Positions 28,519-38,826 of a DNA stretch of 64,000 nt are shown here, piece by piece; positions within the stretch are counted from its first letter, which is position 1; every line of letters begins with the position of its first letter. The notes under the pieces were generated by a model, which made no database searches, had not been told where the DNA came from, and was given only the letters and a program-made list of their open reading frames with translations. Made by a program: the position numbers and the translations under genes. This stretch comes from Alphaproteobacteria bacterium (lineage in GTDB: Bacteria > Pseudomonadota > Alphaproteobacteria > Rickettsiales > JADKJE01): assembly GCA_016722515.1 (NCBI GenBank), contig JADKJE010000001.1, positions 132,189 to 196,188 of the forward strand, written 5' to 3'.

Positions 28519-28932
28519 ATGATAACCTCACTTTATGCTGCCTTACTCACCCTAATCTATATCGGCTTGTCGATCTATGTGATTGCGGGACGTTGGAAGT
28601 TCAAACTTGCCGTCGGTGATGGCAATCAAGACAACATGAAACGCCGCATCCGCGCACATGGAAATTTTGCCGAATACGCCCCGCTATTTTTGATTATCCT
28701 TGGCCTGGCCGAATATAGCGGTCTGCCTGCCTCTGCTGTGCATGGTTTTGGACTCTTATTCGTGGCCGCACGGTTGTTGCATGCTTACAGCCTTACTATA
28801 GGTGAGCGTTACAAAGACGGCATCTTGACTGGAGGAATTCGTTTCAGGTCCATAGGTATGGTAGGAACGTTTACTTCAATGGCATTGTTAGCGCTGGTTT
28901 TAATAGTACAATGGATAGCCAATAGCCATTAG
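28519..28932 (+). CDS. MAPEG-family membrane protein (YecN-like)
   Basis: 137 aa with 3-4 TM segments. Motifs GDGNQDNMKRRIRAHGNFAEYAPLFLI and RLLHAYSL resemble YecN/MAPEG. Confidence 0.8.
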   Translation: MITSLYAALLTLIYIGLSIYVIAGRWKFKLAVGDGNQDNMKRRIRAHGNFAEYAPLFLIILGLAEYSGLPASAVHGFGLLFVAARLLHAYSLTIGERYKDGILTGGIRFRSIGMVGTFTSMALLALVLIVQWIANSH

Positions 28933-29032
28933 GCATAATTGGCTTGGCCTAACGACTAATCCATTACATTATGACTGACTAACGTTATCGCGGCACGCTT
29001 AGTTGCCGCCATGGATTGCCCGCCAAAATAGC

Positions 29033-29977
29033 CTACTTACCCAGAATTTCTTTTTCTTTAGCCTGTAACTCAACAATTTTGAGATCATGACCAAGCTTGA
29101 TAACCGCACTATCTATCTCCGCTCCGTCCAATTGTTTAGCTTTTGGGATCAGCCCTTCCTGAACCGATTTTTTATAAGCCACTAAAATATCCATCGATAA
29201 CATAATATGCTGCATTTCTGTCATAGTTTCATTGCTAGTTTGATATTTGTTAAAAATGTTTTTCTGCACAACAGGATCTAGCAATAAGGCCGCTTTTTTA
29301 GCCATCATTTCTGAATTTACCCCATTGGTGTCTAACGCTCCCATCAATGAAGAATCACCTTGCATCATGGCTAATAACTTCATCATCTGCGGATAATCTT
29401 TGGCATTTTCAAGAATCACTAAAATGACATTACGTGCGAGCTTATAACTTTGTGATTTCTTAAGCCACAAAGGCTCAACTTCCTTGTTTTTGACTTGTTG
29501 TTTTTCAGTTTTCTCTTTGATGCTTTGCTTGTGACTCCGATCAATGCCTTCATGTTTGTCGTCATTGCCTCCAGAAATCAGCATACTATTAACCAGGAGA
29601 ACTGAAAATACGAACACGACCACAACAGCAGCACCACGCACGAAACCGAAAGCCGCCCCCAGGCTCATATCAAAAATACCCATGCGCAAATGCCGTGTGA
29701 CCCTGAGTAGCTGCGAATTAATAATACCAATGATGATAAAGCTGATAATAAACACAGAAACCGCAGCAGCAATCTGCGCTCCAAAAGGATTCTTAATGTA
29801 TTGTTCCATCAATGGCTGCGCATATTTAAGCCCCCAATAGGTAGCAGCAAAGGCACCTCCCCAGCAAAAGAAGGATAAAATAGTCGCTATAAACCCTGAT
29901 ACTAATCCAAGTATCGTCGAGAGCGCGACCATGACAAAAAAGAATATATCCATGTAACCAAGCGCTAAACTATCCAT
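29033..29977 (-). CDS. cvpA: CvpA-family membrane protein with a long hydrophilic C-terminal extension
   Basis: The N-terminal ~140 aa have 4 TM helices typical of CvpA (DIFFFVMVALSTILGLVSGF...). About 170 extra Lys/Glu/Met-rich residues follow. Confidence 0.75.
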   Translation of the reverse strand: MDSLALGYMDIFFFVMVALSTILGLVSGFIATILSFFCWGGAFAATYWGLKYAQPLMEQYIKNPFGAQIAAAVSVFIISFIIIGIINSQLLRVTRHLRMGIFDMSLGAAFGFVRGAAVVVVFVFSVLLVNSMLISGGNDDKHEGIDRSHKQSIKEKTEKQQVKNKEVEPLWLKKSQSYKLARNVILVILENAKDYPQMMKLLAMMQGDSSLMGALDTNGVNSEMMAKKAALLLDPVVQKNIFNKYQTSNETMTEMQHIMLSMDILVAYKKSVQEGLIPKAKQLDGAEIDSAVIKLGHDLKIVELQAKEKEILGK

Positions 29978-30008
29978 ATATATCCTTATATATCCTTTTA
30001 AAGATCCA

Positions 30009-31409
30009 CTAGTGCACTGACTGCTCTGATTTTACATGCCGACTATTAGTATCAGCAAAGAGCCTTGAAATTTCCTTAACATGATTGATCAGTTTAAGAT
30101 TTAACCCTTTTTCCTGAACTTTGACTTTACCGGGCACAATAGCATCGGTAAACCCTAATTTCATTGCTTCACGCAAGCGTGTGTCGGCTTGCCCTACCAT
30201 CCGTACTTCACCCGACAACCCTACTTCACCAAAAACAACCGTATTGGACGGAAGCGGAATGGATGCCAGCGATGATACTAACGCAATAGCAACCGCTAAG
30301 TCAGCCGCAGGCTCACCAACTTTTAATCCACCAGCTACATTGAGATACACTTCTTTGTCCGCAATGGCCAAACCATAGCGCGTAGCCAGCACGGCAATAA
30401 TCATAGCCAACCTGTTTGGATCCCAGCCAACAACTGCACGCCTGGGCGTCGCCAAATGAGAAGGAGCTACCAACGCCTGAATTTCAGTTAGTACCGGCCT
30501 TGTGCCTTCTAACCCGGCAAAAACAACAGAACCACTACAGTCACCATCACGGTTAGAAAGAAAAATCTGGGAAGGGTTAGTGACTTCAACCAAGCCCACC
30601 TCAGCCATCTCAAAAACACCTATTTCGTTAGCCGCACCAAAACGGTTTTTGACCGATCTCAATATACGGAATTGATGTCCTCTTTCGCCTTCAAAATACA
30701 AAACCGTGTCCACCATATGCTCAAGCAGCTTAGGACCTGCTATTTGCCCATCTTTAGTGACGTGGCCAACCAATACAAGTACAATATTCTTTTGTTTAGC
30801 TACCGTTATTAATTCGTGCGCAGCTCCCCGCACTTGAGAAACGGTTCCAGGAGACGAGCCAATTTCATCCACATACATCGTCTGAATTGAATCAATAACA
30901 ATTAAATCCGGCGCATCTGCCGATTTCATTGCTTTGACGATATCACCAACATCGGTAGATGCCGCCAACTGGACATTTGCATGGTTCAACCCCAAACGCC
31001 TGGCACGCATACGAATTTGATTAACCGATTCTTCTCCAGAAATATAAGCTGTTTTAAATCCCTGCATTCCTAACAGAACAACCGTCTGTAGCAACAAGGT
31101 TGATTTACCAATACCAGGATCACCCCCTAATAAAATGGCAGATCCCTTAACGAAACCGCCCCCGAGGACACGATCAAATTCAGAAGAACCGCTATTCATC
31201 CGCGGAAGTTCAATAGTATGCCCATCCAGCGACAAAAATTCGAGCTTGTTTTGCGATGATTTACTGGTGGAGGATGTAAGCTTTGACGATGCAACAACGG
31301 TTTCTTCAACCAATGAATGCCATGCTCGGCACTGACCGCACTGACCACTCCATTTAGTGTGAACAGATCCGCATTGCTGACAAACAAACTGGGTTAACGG
31401 TTTTGCCAA
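30009..31409 (-). CDS. radA: DNA repair protein RadA
   Basis: Zinc finger CQQCGSVHTKWSGQCGQC, Walker A GGDPGIGKSTLL, the KNRFGAANEIGVFEM motif and a Lon-like C-terminal domain. Confidence 0.96.
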   Translation of the reverse strand: MAKPLTQFVCQQCGSVHTKWSGQCGQCRAWHSLVEETVVASSKLTSSTSKSSQNKLEFLSLDGHTIELPRMNSGSSEFDRVLGGGFVKGSAILLGGDPGIGKSTLLLQTVVLLGMQGFKTAYISGEESVNQIRMRARRLGLNHANVQLAASTDVGDIVKAMKSADAPDLIVIDSIQTMYVDEIGSSPGTVSQVRGAAHELITVAKQKNIVLVLVGHVTKDGQIAGPKLLEHMVDTVLYFEGERGHQFRILRSVKNRFGAANEIGVFEMAEVGLVEVTNPSQIFLSNRDGDCSGSVVFAGLEGTRPVLTEIQALVAPSHLATPRRAVVGWDPNRLAMIIAVLATRYGLAIADKEVYLNVAGGLKVGEPAADLAVAIALVSSLASIPLPSNTVVFGEVGLSGEVRMVGQADTRLREAMKLGFTDAIVPGKVKVQEKGLNLKLINHVKEISRLFADTNSRHVKSEQSVH

Positions 31410-31427
31410 ACATCCCCCTTCTCTAGT

Positions 31428-31955
31428 TTATTTGGGTACAATCATCATCATAAGCTGCTTGTTTTCCATTCGGGGAGACAACTCAATTTTACCTTGCTCA
31501 GCAATATCAACAACCATGCGATCCATCAAAACAAACACGATATCCTGGTGCGCAATTTCACGCCCACGGAATTTCAGTGTCACTTTCACTTTATCACCTT
31601 CTTCAAGGAATCGAACCATACTACGCAGTTTTACCTGGTAATCATTCGGGCCAATATTCGGCCTCAGTTTAATTTCCTTGATGGAAACCACTTTTTGTTT
31701 TTTCTTGGCTTCATTCGCACGCTTTTGAGCTTCGTACTTATATTTGCCGAAATTGATGATTTTGCATACTGGGGGATCAGCATTGGGAGATATCTCAACC
31801 AAATCAAGCCCAAATTCGCGGGCTTTGATCATTGCTTCCTGGATAGTGACAACACCAATCATGCCACCATCTGGATCAATTAACCGCACTTTTTGTGCCG
31901 TAATTTCCCTATTTGCCCTGGGGCCATTATCCCCTTTTTTAACGTTCGTATTTAT
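31428..31955 (-). CDS. infC: translation initiation factor IF-3, non-AUG (ATA) start
   Basis: The track ORF starts at an internal GTG (31889). The frame stays open upstream to an in-frame TGA at 31959-31961. The conserved N-terminus (GPRANREITAQKVRLIDPDG) requires a start at ATA 31955-31953, preceded by GGAG. Confidence 0.88.
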   Translation of the reverse strand: MNTNVKKGDNGPRANREITAQKVRLIDPDGGMIGVVTIQEAMIKAREFGLDLVEISPNADPPVCKIINFGKYKYEAQKRANEAKKKQKVVSIKEIKLRPNIGPNDYQVKLRSMVRFLEEGDKVKVTLKFRGREIAHQDIVFVLMDRMVVDIAEQGKIELSPRMENKQLMMMIVPK

Positions 31956-31987
31956 AAGTCACTCCATTATGAGTTATGCGTAAATTT

Positions 31988-33922
31988 TTAAGAAGAGGGT
32001 ATAGCCGCTTCAGCCTTTAGTTTACCAATCGCTTCGCTAAGTGCAAGTACTTCTTGATTGGTTGAGCCAAGTCGACGAATTGAGACGGTTCTTTCTTCAC
32101 GTTCATTCTTGCCAACCGCAATGATTACGGGCACTTTGGCATGGGAGTGAAAACGAATTTTATAATTAATTTTTTCACTGTTAATGTCTAAAACGGTATG
32201 AAGACCCGCATCAACCAGAGCCTGATGAACATCTTTGGCATAATCATCCACTTCATTTGTGATACTGCAGACAGCAACCTGAACTGGCGCTAACCATAGT
32301 GGAAAATGTCCAGCATAATGCTCAATCAAGATACCAATAAATCGCTCTAACGATCCGCAAATAGCCCGGTGCAACATAACGGGGCGATGCTTATTGCCAT
32401 CTTGTCCTATGTAATTTGCATCAAGGCGTTCAGGCATCACAAAATCCACCTGCAATGTACCACATTGCCATTCACGACCGATAGCATCCCTTAAAACAAA
32501 TTCAAGTTTAGGGCCATAAAAGGCCCCTTCTCCAGGATTAATGGTACACTCCAACCCAGCAGCAGACACCGCATCTCTCAATGCTTGTTCTGCTTTGTCC
32601 CACGTAGCATCTGTTCCTGAGCGTTTCTCAGGACGATCTGCGAATTTAATTTTAAACTCTTCAAATCCAAAATCTTTATAGACTTCCCTTAACAGATTAC
32701 AGAAACTAATCGTTTCCGCGGTAATTTGATCTTCCGTACAGAAAATATGTGCATCATCCTGGGCAAACCCGCGAACGCGCATAATACCATGCAACGAACC
32801 AGAAGGCTCATTACGGTGACAGGCACCAAATTCTGCCATACGTAAAGGTAGATCGCGATAACTTTTTGTCCCTTGGTTAAAAATTTGTACGTGGCATGGG
32901 CAATTCATCGGTTTAACGGCCAATACTTTATCCTCGGATTCCGAGGTAAACATATTTTCCCTGAATTTTTCCCAGTGCCCCGATTTTTCCCATAATGAAC
33001 GGTCTACCAATATCGGTGTTCTCACCTCCTGATATCCGCGCTTTTCCAATTTTTGACGAATATAATGTTGGATGGTTTGATATAAACGCCAACCATTACG
33101 ATGCCAGAAAATCTGGCCTACAGCTTCTTCCTGAACATGGAACAGTTCCATTTCTCTGCCTAAACGACGATGATCCCGGCGCTCTGCTTCTTCTAAACGA
33201 TGCAAATGTTCCTGCAACTGCTTCTCATTTGCCCACGCTGTTCCGTACACGCGCTGCAGCATTTGGTTTTTACTGTCACCGCGCCAATAAGCACCGGCAA
33301 CTTTCAATAATTTAAACGCTTTAATTTTACCCGTTGATGGAGCATGTGGCCCACGACAGAGATCTATAAACTGTCCCTGACGGTAAAGGCTAATCTGCTC
33401 TCCTGCAGGAATCGAAGAAATAATTTCGGCCTTATAATGCTCACCCAAACCGTTAAAAAATTTAATTGCTTCGTCACGATCCCATTCTTCACGAACAATT
33501 GGCTCATTGCGCGCAACAATTTCTTTCATTTTATTTTCTATCGTTATCAGATCATCACTTGAGAATGGAGTCTCACGTGCAAAATCATAATAGAAGCCAT
33601 TTTCAATAGCAGGACCGATGGTAACCTGGGTATCTGGATAAAGCTCTTTCACTGCCTCAGCCATAATATGTGCGGCATCATGCCGAATTAATTCGAGCGC
33701 TTCTTCGTCTTTTTCAGTCAAAATAGCAATCGTAGCGTCCTGCTTTATCACACGCGACAAATCCCATAATTCCCCATTAACACGAATGGCCAAGGCAATT
33801 TTATGCAAACTTATGCTAATCGACCGAGCGATATCATCGCCAGTCACTGGGCCTGGATAGTGACGGCTATTGCCATCAGGAAAGGTAATCGTTAGCTGGT
33901 CAGTAGCAATTGCTTGTGACAT
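31988..33922 (-). CDS. thrS: threonine--tRNA ligase
   Basis: 644 aa with a TGS domain, an editing domain, class II motifs ([26 protein letters not shown]) and an anticodon-binding domain. Confidence 0.97.
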   Translation of the reverse strand: MSQAIATDQLTITFPDGNSRHYPGPVTGDDIARSISISLHKIALAIRVNGELWDLSRVIKQDATIAILTEKDEEALELIRHDAAHIMAEAVKELYPDTQVTIGPAIENGFYYDFARETPFSSDDLITIENKMKEIVARNEPIVREEWDRDEAIKFFNGLGEHYKAEIISSIPAGEQISLYRQGQFIDLCRGPHAPSTGKIKAFKLLKVAGAYWRGDSKNQMLQRVYGTAWANEKQLQEHLHRLEEAERRDHRRLGREMELFHVQEEAVGQIFWHRNGWRLYQTIQHYIRQKLEKRGYQEVRTPILVDRSLWEKSGHWEKFRENMFTSESEDKVLAVKPMNCPCHVQIFNQGTKSYRDLPLRMAEFGACHRNEPSGSLHGIMRVRGFAQDDAHIFCTEDQITAETISFCNLLREVYKDFGFEEFKIKFADRPEKRSGTDATWDKAEQALRDAVSAAGLECTINPGEGAFYGPKLEFVLRDAIGREWQCGTLQVDFVMPERLDANYIGQDGNKHRPVMLHRAICGSLERFIGILIEHYAGHFPLWLAPVQVAVCSITNEVDDYAKDVHQALVDAGLHTVLDINSEKINYKIRFHSHAKVPVIIAVGKNEREERTVSIRRLGSTNQEVLALSEAIGKLKAEAAIPSS

Positions 33923-34022
33923 ATCTTCCTCGTAAAGCTTCGTTCAAGTCACTTATACTAGCTAATTGTTGCTCAATAGGGAACTATTTTTTGTCTTGTG
34001 AAAACCAAGCTATTTAAATAGT

Positions 34023-35393
34023 ATGAGTCAAAAATTGGCACCTATAGACAATCCTATCACTACCCATCGTCAAAAAGAAGTCTATGCCTGGATTCTCCTA
34101 GCTTTATCTGCGCTTGCTCTTGCAGGAATATTTTCTATCTTATTGGTTGTTCAGCGAACGCCTGTATTACAGAATATTCTGCCTGGGCATGATTTTTTCC
34201 ATACTGCACTTACTGTACATGTCAATTTATCGGTTCTGGTTTGGATGTTATCGATCACAGGTGCGATGGGCTCTCTCCTTTACCCCAAATATCTTGATGG
34301 ACTTGGCAGGTACTTTGCCGTCTTAGCCGGACTGGGCGCTTTGGCTATGGCCTTATCTCCTTTTGGTGGAAGCGGGATACCATTCATGAATAATTATGTC
34401 CCCATTTTCTATCATCCACTGTTTATTTTTGGGCTTTCCCTCTTTTTAGTAAGCTTGGCTGGCCATGCGTTAGTGGTTTGTTTTTCAGCCAAATTAGGCA
34501 AAACGCATGAAACACTGGCATTTACTACCGGCATCTATAGTTCGGTATTCATGGTGATTTTCGCTTTAGTGTATTTTGTCATTTCCTATTATAAACTTAA
34601 ATTTGAAAATGCCTCCTATCCAGATTTAGAACACTATTATAACCTCCTCTTTTGGGGGGGAGGCCATATTTTACAAATGGCGTATACCCAGATTATGTCA
34701 ATCGCCTGGTTATGGATTTTATACAAGGTTACTTCCCAGGAAATTCGTTTCAGCCGAATATTACAGCTCTTGTTTATAGGAAATGCGCTTTTAGCCATTT
34801 TAAGCATACCGGCCTATCTCGTTTATCCTGTTGCCAGCAGTGATTTCCAGTACTTCTTTACCCAGCATATGCGATATGTCGGGGGGGTACTGCCGGTTGT
34901 CATTACGTTGCTATACGCCCGCCCCTTATTTTCCCTACTTAAAAAATTCCCATTTGGTTTAACCGCTCCAGCCCTTTGCTTGGCTTATTCTCTAGTGCTG
35001 TTTTATATGGGGGGTACATTAGGGTGGCTAATTACTGGTGCTAATGTGACTATACCCGCCCATTATCATGGTTCCATCATTGGCATCAGCATTGCCTTGA
35101 TTGGTTGGGTACAGATCATGTTACCTGAAATTGGTTGCGCCCCACTTGAGGGCAAAATGATACGCTGGCAACCCCATATTCTGGCTATTGGTCAAATACT
35201 ACATATTTCTGGACTTGCTCTGTCTGGTGGCTATGGAGCCCTCCGCAAGGATCCCAGCCTTATTATCAATACCAAAATAAAAATATGTATGGGAATCATG
35301 GGGTTAGGCGGATTGCTGGCTATTATAGGCGGTTTATTGTTTGTTATCCCCTGTTTGTTAACGTTAATGAAAAGAAGTAAGCATTATAATTAA
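34023..35393 (+). CDS. polytopic membrane protein with a heme-copper oxidase subunit I-like histidine pattern (stand-alone)
   Basis: 456 aa with ~12 TM helices. Motifs FHTALTVHVNLSVLVW, FWGGGHILQMAY, IPAHYHGS and WQPHILAIGQILHISG recall the helix II, VI, VII and X ligand motifs of CcoN/CoxI-type proteins, but they are divergent. Confidence 0.4.
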   Translation: MSQKLAPIDNPITTHRQKEVYAWILLALSALALAGIFSILLVVQRTPVLQNILPGHDFFHTALTVHVNLSVLVWMLSITGAMGSLLYPKYLDGLGRYFAVLAGLGALAMALSPFGGSGIPFMNNYVPIFYHPLFIFGLSLFLVSLAGHALVVCFSAKLGKTHETLAFTTGIYSSVFMVIFALVYFVISYYKLKFENASYPDLEHYYNLLFWGGGHILQMAYTQIMSIAWLWILYKVTSQEIRFSRILQLLFIGNALLAILSIPAYLVYPVASSDFQYFFTQHMRYVGGVLPVVITLLYARPLFSLLKKFPFGLTAPALCLAYSLVLFYMGGTLGWLITGANVTIPAHYHGSIIGISIALIGWVQIMLPEIGCAPLEGKMIRWQPHILAIGQILHISGLALSGGYGALRKDPSLIINTKIKICMGIMGLGGLLAIIGGLLFVIPCLLTLMKRSKHYN

Positions 35394-35496
35394 TCATATG
35401 AACCGCTACCTCTGTATTTCACTCAATCGTTAACGCTTGTTAATTGTTAATTATTAATCATTTTCACATTCAACGAAATAATGGAGTTACTAAATT

Positions 35497-36777
35497 ATGG
35501 GATCAGGACATTCTTCTAAACACGAAATGACGGTACTTCCCAACGGCTTAACGATTTTTTCCGAAAATATGCCCGATATCGAAACGGTAACCATCAGCGT
35601 ATGGGTCAATAGTGGTAGCCGAAACGAAGGTAAAGATGAGCATGGAATCTCCCATTTTTTAGAACATATGGCCTTTAAAGGGACGCAAACACGTACAGCA
35701 TTAGACATCGCCCAGCAATTCGACAATATCGGCGGTATGTTTAATGCGTATACCGGTCGTGAAAATACCGTCTATTACGCCAAAGTCCTTAAAGAAGACA
35801 TGGGTATCGCCCTAGATATCTTAGCGGACATCCTGCAACACTCCACCATGAATCCAGACGAAATTGTGAAGGAACGCAATGTCATCCTTCAAGAAATTGC
35901 CTCTACCCACGATACTCCTGATGATATTGTTTTTGACTATTTTCAAGAACAGGTTTATCCCGGACAGGCGCTTGGTCGTCCGATCCTCGGCACGCCGGAA
36001 ACCGTCTCATCATTCGAACAATCCCATCTACTGGATTATGTTAAACGCTACCATTGTGCTAGCAACATGATCGTATCTGCGGCAGGAAACCTCGATCACG
36101 ATACGCTAGTAACCCTTGCCGGCTCGCTTTTTAAATACTTACCCAAAGGAGAACGAACCACACAAACACAAGCGTATTATACTGGCGGTGACAAGCGTAT
36201 TGAACGGGATTTAGAGCAAGTTCAATTTGTACTTGGTTTCAATGGAATATCATATCTCAGCGATGATGTTTATTCCCTCAGCATGCTTGCTGATATTTTA
36301 GGCGGTGGAATGTCCTCCCGTCTGTTCCAGGAAGTTCGTGAAAAACGAGGTCTTGTTTATAGCATTGCCTGTATCCCTCATAATTATGCCGACGGAGGAA
36401 TTTTTTCTATCTATGCAGGAACCGGTGAAGAAGAGTTACCGGTTTTAGTTGATGTAATTGCAGAAGAATTACACAAAATAACACAGAATGTAACTCAAGA
36501 TGAGATGCTTAGGGCGCGCAATCAGGTCAAAGCCGCACTTCTGATGGCGCAGGAAAGCAGCACCTCTAGAGCTGAAAAATTAGCCCGCCATTATTTGCGC
36601 TACGGCAGGATCATTCCGCTCGAAGAAACCCTTGAAAAGCTTGCCGCGGTCAAGATTCAAGACGTTCACAATTTAATGGAAAAATTTCTTCATACTGTAC
36701 CGACTGTAACGGCCATAGGTAACCTCCAAAACCTCCCTTCTTATGAGCATATCACTAGCAGAATAGCCACACGATAA
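35497..36777 (+). CDS. M16-family zinc peptidase (mitochondrial processing peptidase-like)
   Basis: Inverted zinc motif HFLEHMAFKG and the downstream Glu region (RENTVYY...ERNVILQE). 426 aa. Confidence 0.9.
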   Translation: MGSGHSSKHEMTVLPNGLTIFSENMPDIETVTISVWVNSGSRNEGKDEHGISHFLEHMAFKGTQTRTALDIAQQFDNIGGMFNAYTGRENTVYYAKVLKEDMGIALDILADILQHSTMNPDEIVKERNVILQEIASTHDTPDDIVFDYFQEQVYPGQALGRPILGTPETVSSFEQSHLLDYVKRYHCASNMIVSAAGNLDHDTLVTLAGSLFKYLPKGERTTQTQAYYTGGDKRIERDLEQVQFVLGFNGISYLSDDVYSLSMLADILGGGMSSRLFQEVREKRGLVYSIACIPHNYADGGIFSIYAGTGEEELPVLVDVIAEELHKITQNVTQDEMLRARNQVKAALLMAQESSTSRAEKLARHYLRYGRIIPLEETLEKLAAVKIQDVHNLMEKFLHTVPTVTAIGNLQNLPSYEHITSRIATR

Positions 36778-36814
36778 TGCGTCCCATTCGCTTATAAATT
36801 CTACATAATTGGTG

Positions 36815-36842
36815 TTTACATCTTTAAAAACATCGTTATAAT
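36815..36842 (+). promoter_or_regulatory. sigma-70-like promoter candidate (TTTACA-16 nt-TATAAT)
   Basis: TTTACA at 36815-36820 and TATAAT at 36837-36842, about 55 nt upstream of the 36897 ORF. Confidence 0.35.
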
Positions 36843-36866
36843 GATGCACGCAGGGAAATTTTAGCT

Positions 36867-36880
36867 AGTACGTTCGTACT
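36867..36880. promoter_or_regulatory. 14-bp perfect palindrome AGTACGTTCGTACT (possible operator)
   Basis: Lies between the candidate -10 box and the start codon of the 36897 ORF. Confidence 0.3.
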
Positions 36881-36896
36881 CGTAACCTTTAAACAT

Positions 36897-37250
36897 ATGG
36901 GGTTTAACATGATTCAACTAAAGATTAACGATGGTTCGTCTGAGTTTTTAACGCTGGCCGCGTTGAAGCACCAGATTCGTTCCGATCGGCTTCCAAACAG
37001 ACACGATGTCTTCCGTTTTATTAATGTAAGGGGTTTAATTTTAAACGTTTCCCGAGAATCGGTGAACAGGGTCATTCGTGAACGTTACAGCCCTTGTGAA
37101 GTCACCCTGACCGAAGACGATAAAATCACCTATCAAGAGAAGGGCTTAGTAACTATTCTGCAACCTATTTCGCCGATTCGATGGCAAATGGGACAATCGA
37201 TTATTTTTAAAGCTCGATTATTTCAAACGGTTCCCGCAAGTTACGTTTAA
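36897..37250 (+). CDS. hypothetical protein (117 aa)
   Basis: ORF behind the promoter-like sequence. No family recognised. Confidence 0.4.
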   Translation: MGFNMIQLKINDGSSEFLTLAALKHQIRSDRLPNRHDVFRFINVRGLILNVSRESVNRVIRERYSPCEVTLTEDDKITYQEKGLVTILQPISPIRWQMGQSIIFKARLFQTVPASYV

Positions 37251-37292
37251 CACCACCTCTAGTACAAACAATTATACTATAGGTGAGTGTCA

Positions 37293-38366
37293 TTACGTTC
37301 TCGTGCGTACAGAACTAAGTGGTGAGTTTGCTTGATTTGCACGCTCACTAATAATTCGATCCGCAAAATTCAATTTATCGTGTTCGATGAGTTTGTTACT
37401 TACGGGTATTATCAATGGTTTCTTGAGGCCTTGGGCATCTTTTATTGTTTTCTCCAACGCATCCCAAAGAGTTCCTTGCACCTCAGCAAAGGAGAGTAAC
37501 TCAGGCATTTTTTGGCGAAGCTTTGAAGCTGACCCAAGTTCTTCAAGCGCCATTTTTCGCGCTGTCTCGGCATGAATAAATTCTACACCATCGACATTGT
37601 CAACCATACCACTTTTATCTATGTTTATATGTGAGCTAAAATAAGGCAAAATATTAGTTTCATATTCGGCCTCATTGAAAAAAGGCTTAAATCCTTTGAA
37701 TATATTATAAACAGAAGCCATCATTCCAATGTTATCCTGATCTCCTCCAGAAAAACGTTCTTGTACATAGGAGACTAAATAAGGACAATTTTTATAAAGA
37801 TATTCAACCACAGCACGATAGAGGATTTCCTGAGGTAGAATAGGGTTATTAAAGGCGGATATCATAGTAATGGGTGGAAGCTTATAAACCCTCTCAGCTA
37901 CCGCATTAAACGCACATTCCGCCAATTTTGGGTGAGCAAGTTTTCCGTCACCCATACCCGCTTCTTCACCAATATTGGCTAAAATCAGGTTTAATTTCTC
38001 ATATTCGCCATTCTTAGCAGCATTGAGCCCTGCTTGGATAAGGCAGGGTACAGTAGGCGCTACTCTTGCCAAAAATACATGTCGAAAAATAGAAAACTGC
38101 GATGCACTCATCTCCCGTCTTTCTGATAAATCGGCAAGATCATGAAAAACCTTATGATTCATGGCCTTATGTGAAGTCAAGCTATCCTCAAATTTTTGAA
38201 ACTCAGAGGATAAGTCAAACCCGCTATCTGTAACAAAATGTCTCTGATCATTAAATAAATTAAGATGAACACCGCTTCCGATAAGATTAGTAGTAAATCT
38301 ACTAACAGCGGATTTCCGAAGCCCCTGATTACTGCCACCACGCGAAAAAACTGTTGCTAATTTCAT
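37293..38366 (-). CDS. hypothetical protein, possibly a heme-oxygenase-like di-iron (CADD/HDO-type) enzyme
   Basis: 357-aa helical ORF. NIGEEAGMGDGKLAHPKL (E..G......H..L) and VEFIHAE (E..H) resemble the metal-ligand helices of the Haem_oxygenase_2/CADD family. The assignment is tentative. Confidence 0.35.
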   Translation of the reverse strand: MKLATVFSRGGSNQGLRKSAVSRFTTNLIGSGVHLNLFNDQRHFVTDSGFDLSSEFQKFEDSLTSHKAMNHKVFHDLADLSERREMSASQFSIFRHVFLARVAPTVPCLIQAGLNAAKNGEYEKLNLILANIGEEAGMGDGKLAHPKLAECAFNAVAERVYKLPPITMISAFNNPILPQEILYRAVVEYLYKNCPYLVSYVQERFSGGDQDNIGMMASVYNIFKGFKPFFNEAEYETNILPYFSSHINIDKSGMVDNVDGVEFIHAETARKMALEELGSASKLRQKMPELLSFAEVQGTLWDALEKTIKDAQGLKKPLIIPVSNKLIEHDKLNFADRIISERANQANSPLSSVRTRT

Positions 38367-38826
38367 AAGTCAATACTTTACTTCATGTTGAATGTTGATA
38401 AATTTAAGTCGAAAAATACGTGCTTTTGCAATTAGAAGCGTATCTATAAACATTAGAGGATATTTTATATATTCTCTAAATATTTATTTAGTTACCCCTA
38501 AATTAACCTAATAAAACAAGTTAAAAATCAAAAAACTTCGTATAATACTAATCTTTGGCCTATTCTATTCTATAAATCCATATTCTGCAATTTTATTTTT
38601 TGTCACACAAGCTTCATAAACCAATATAACAAAATAAAAAACATTATTAATAAAAATATTATCACAATAATTACTCAACGAACACATTAAAACACACAAA
38701 CAAATCAACAATTAAAATATGTTATTTAAACCAACGATTATATCATCTATGGTTTAACTAAGTTGTTGATTGATTGAGTTATTTAGCCTAGTATGGGCAT
38801 CTCCTATTTTACTTATAAAAACAACA

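Noticed and set aside
28401-28619. 72-aa ORF overlapping the right inverted repeat of the IS relic and the MAPEG start
   Set aside because: It is a Cys/Leu-rich translation with no motif. It overlaps the convincing YecN-like frame starting at 28519.
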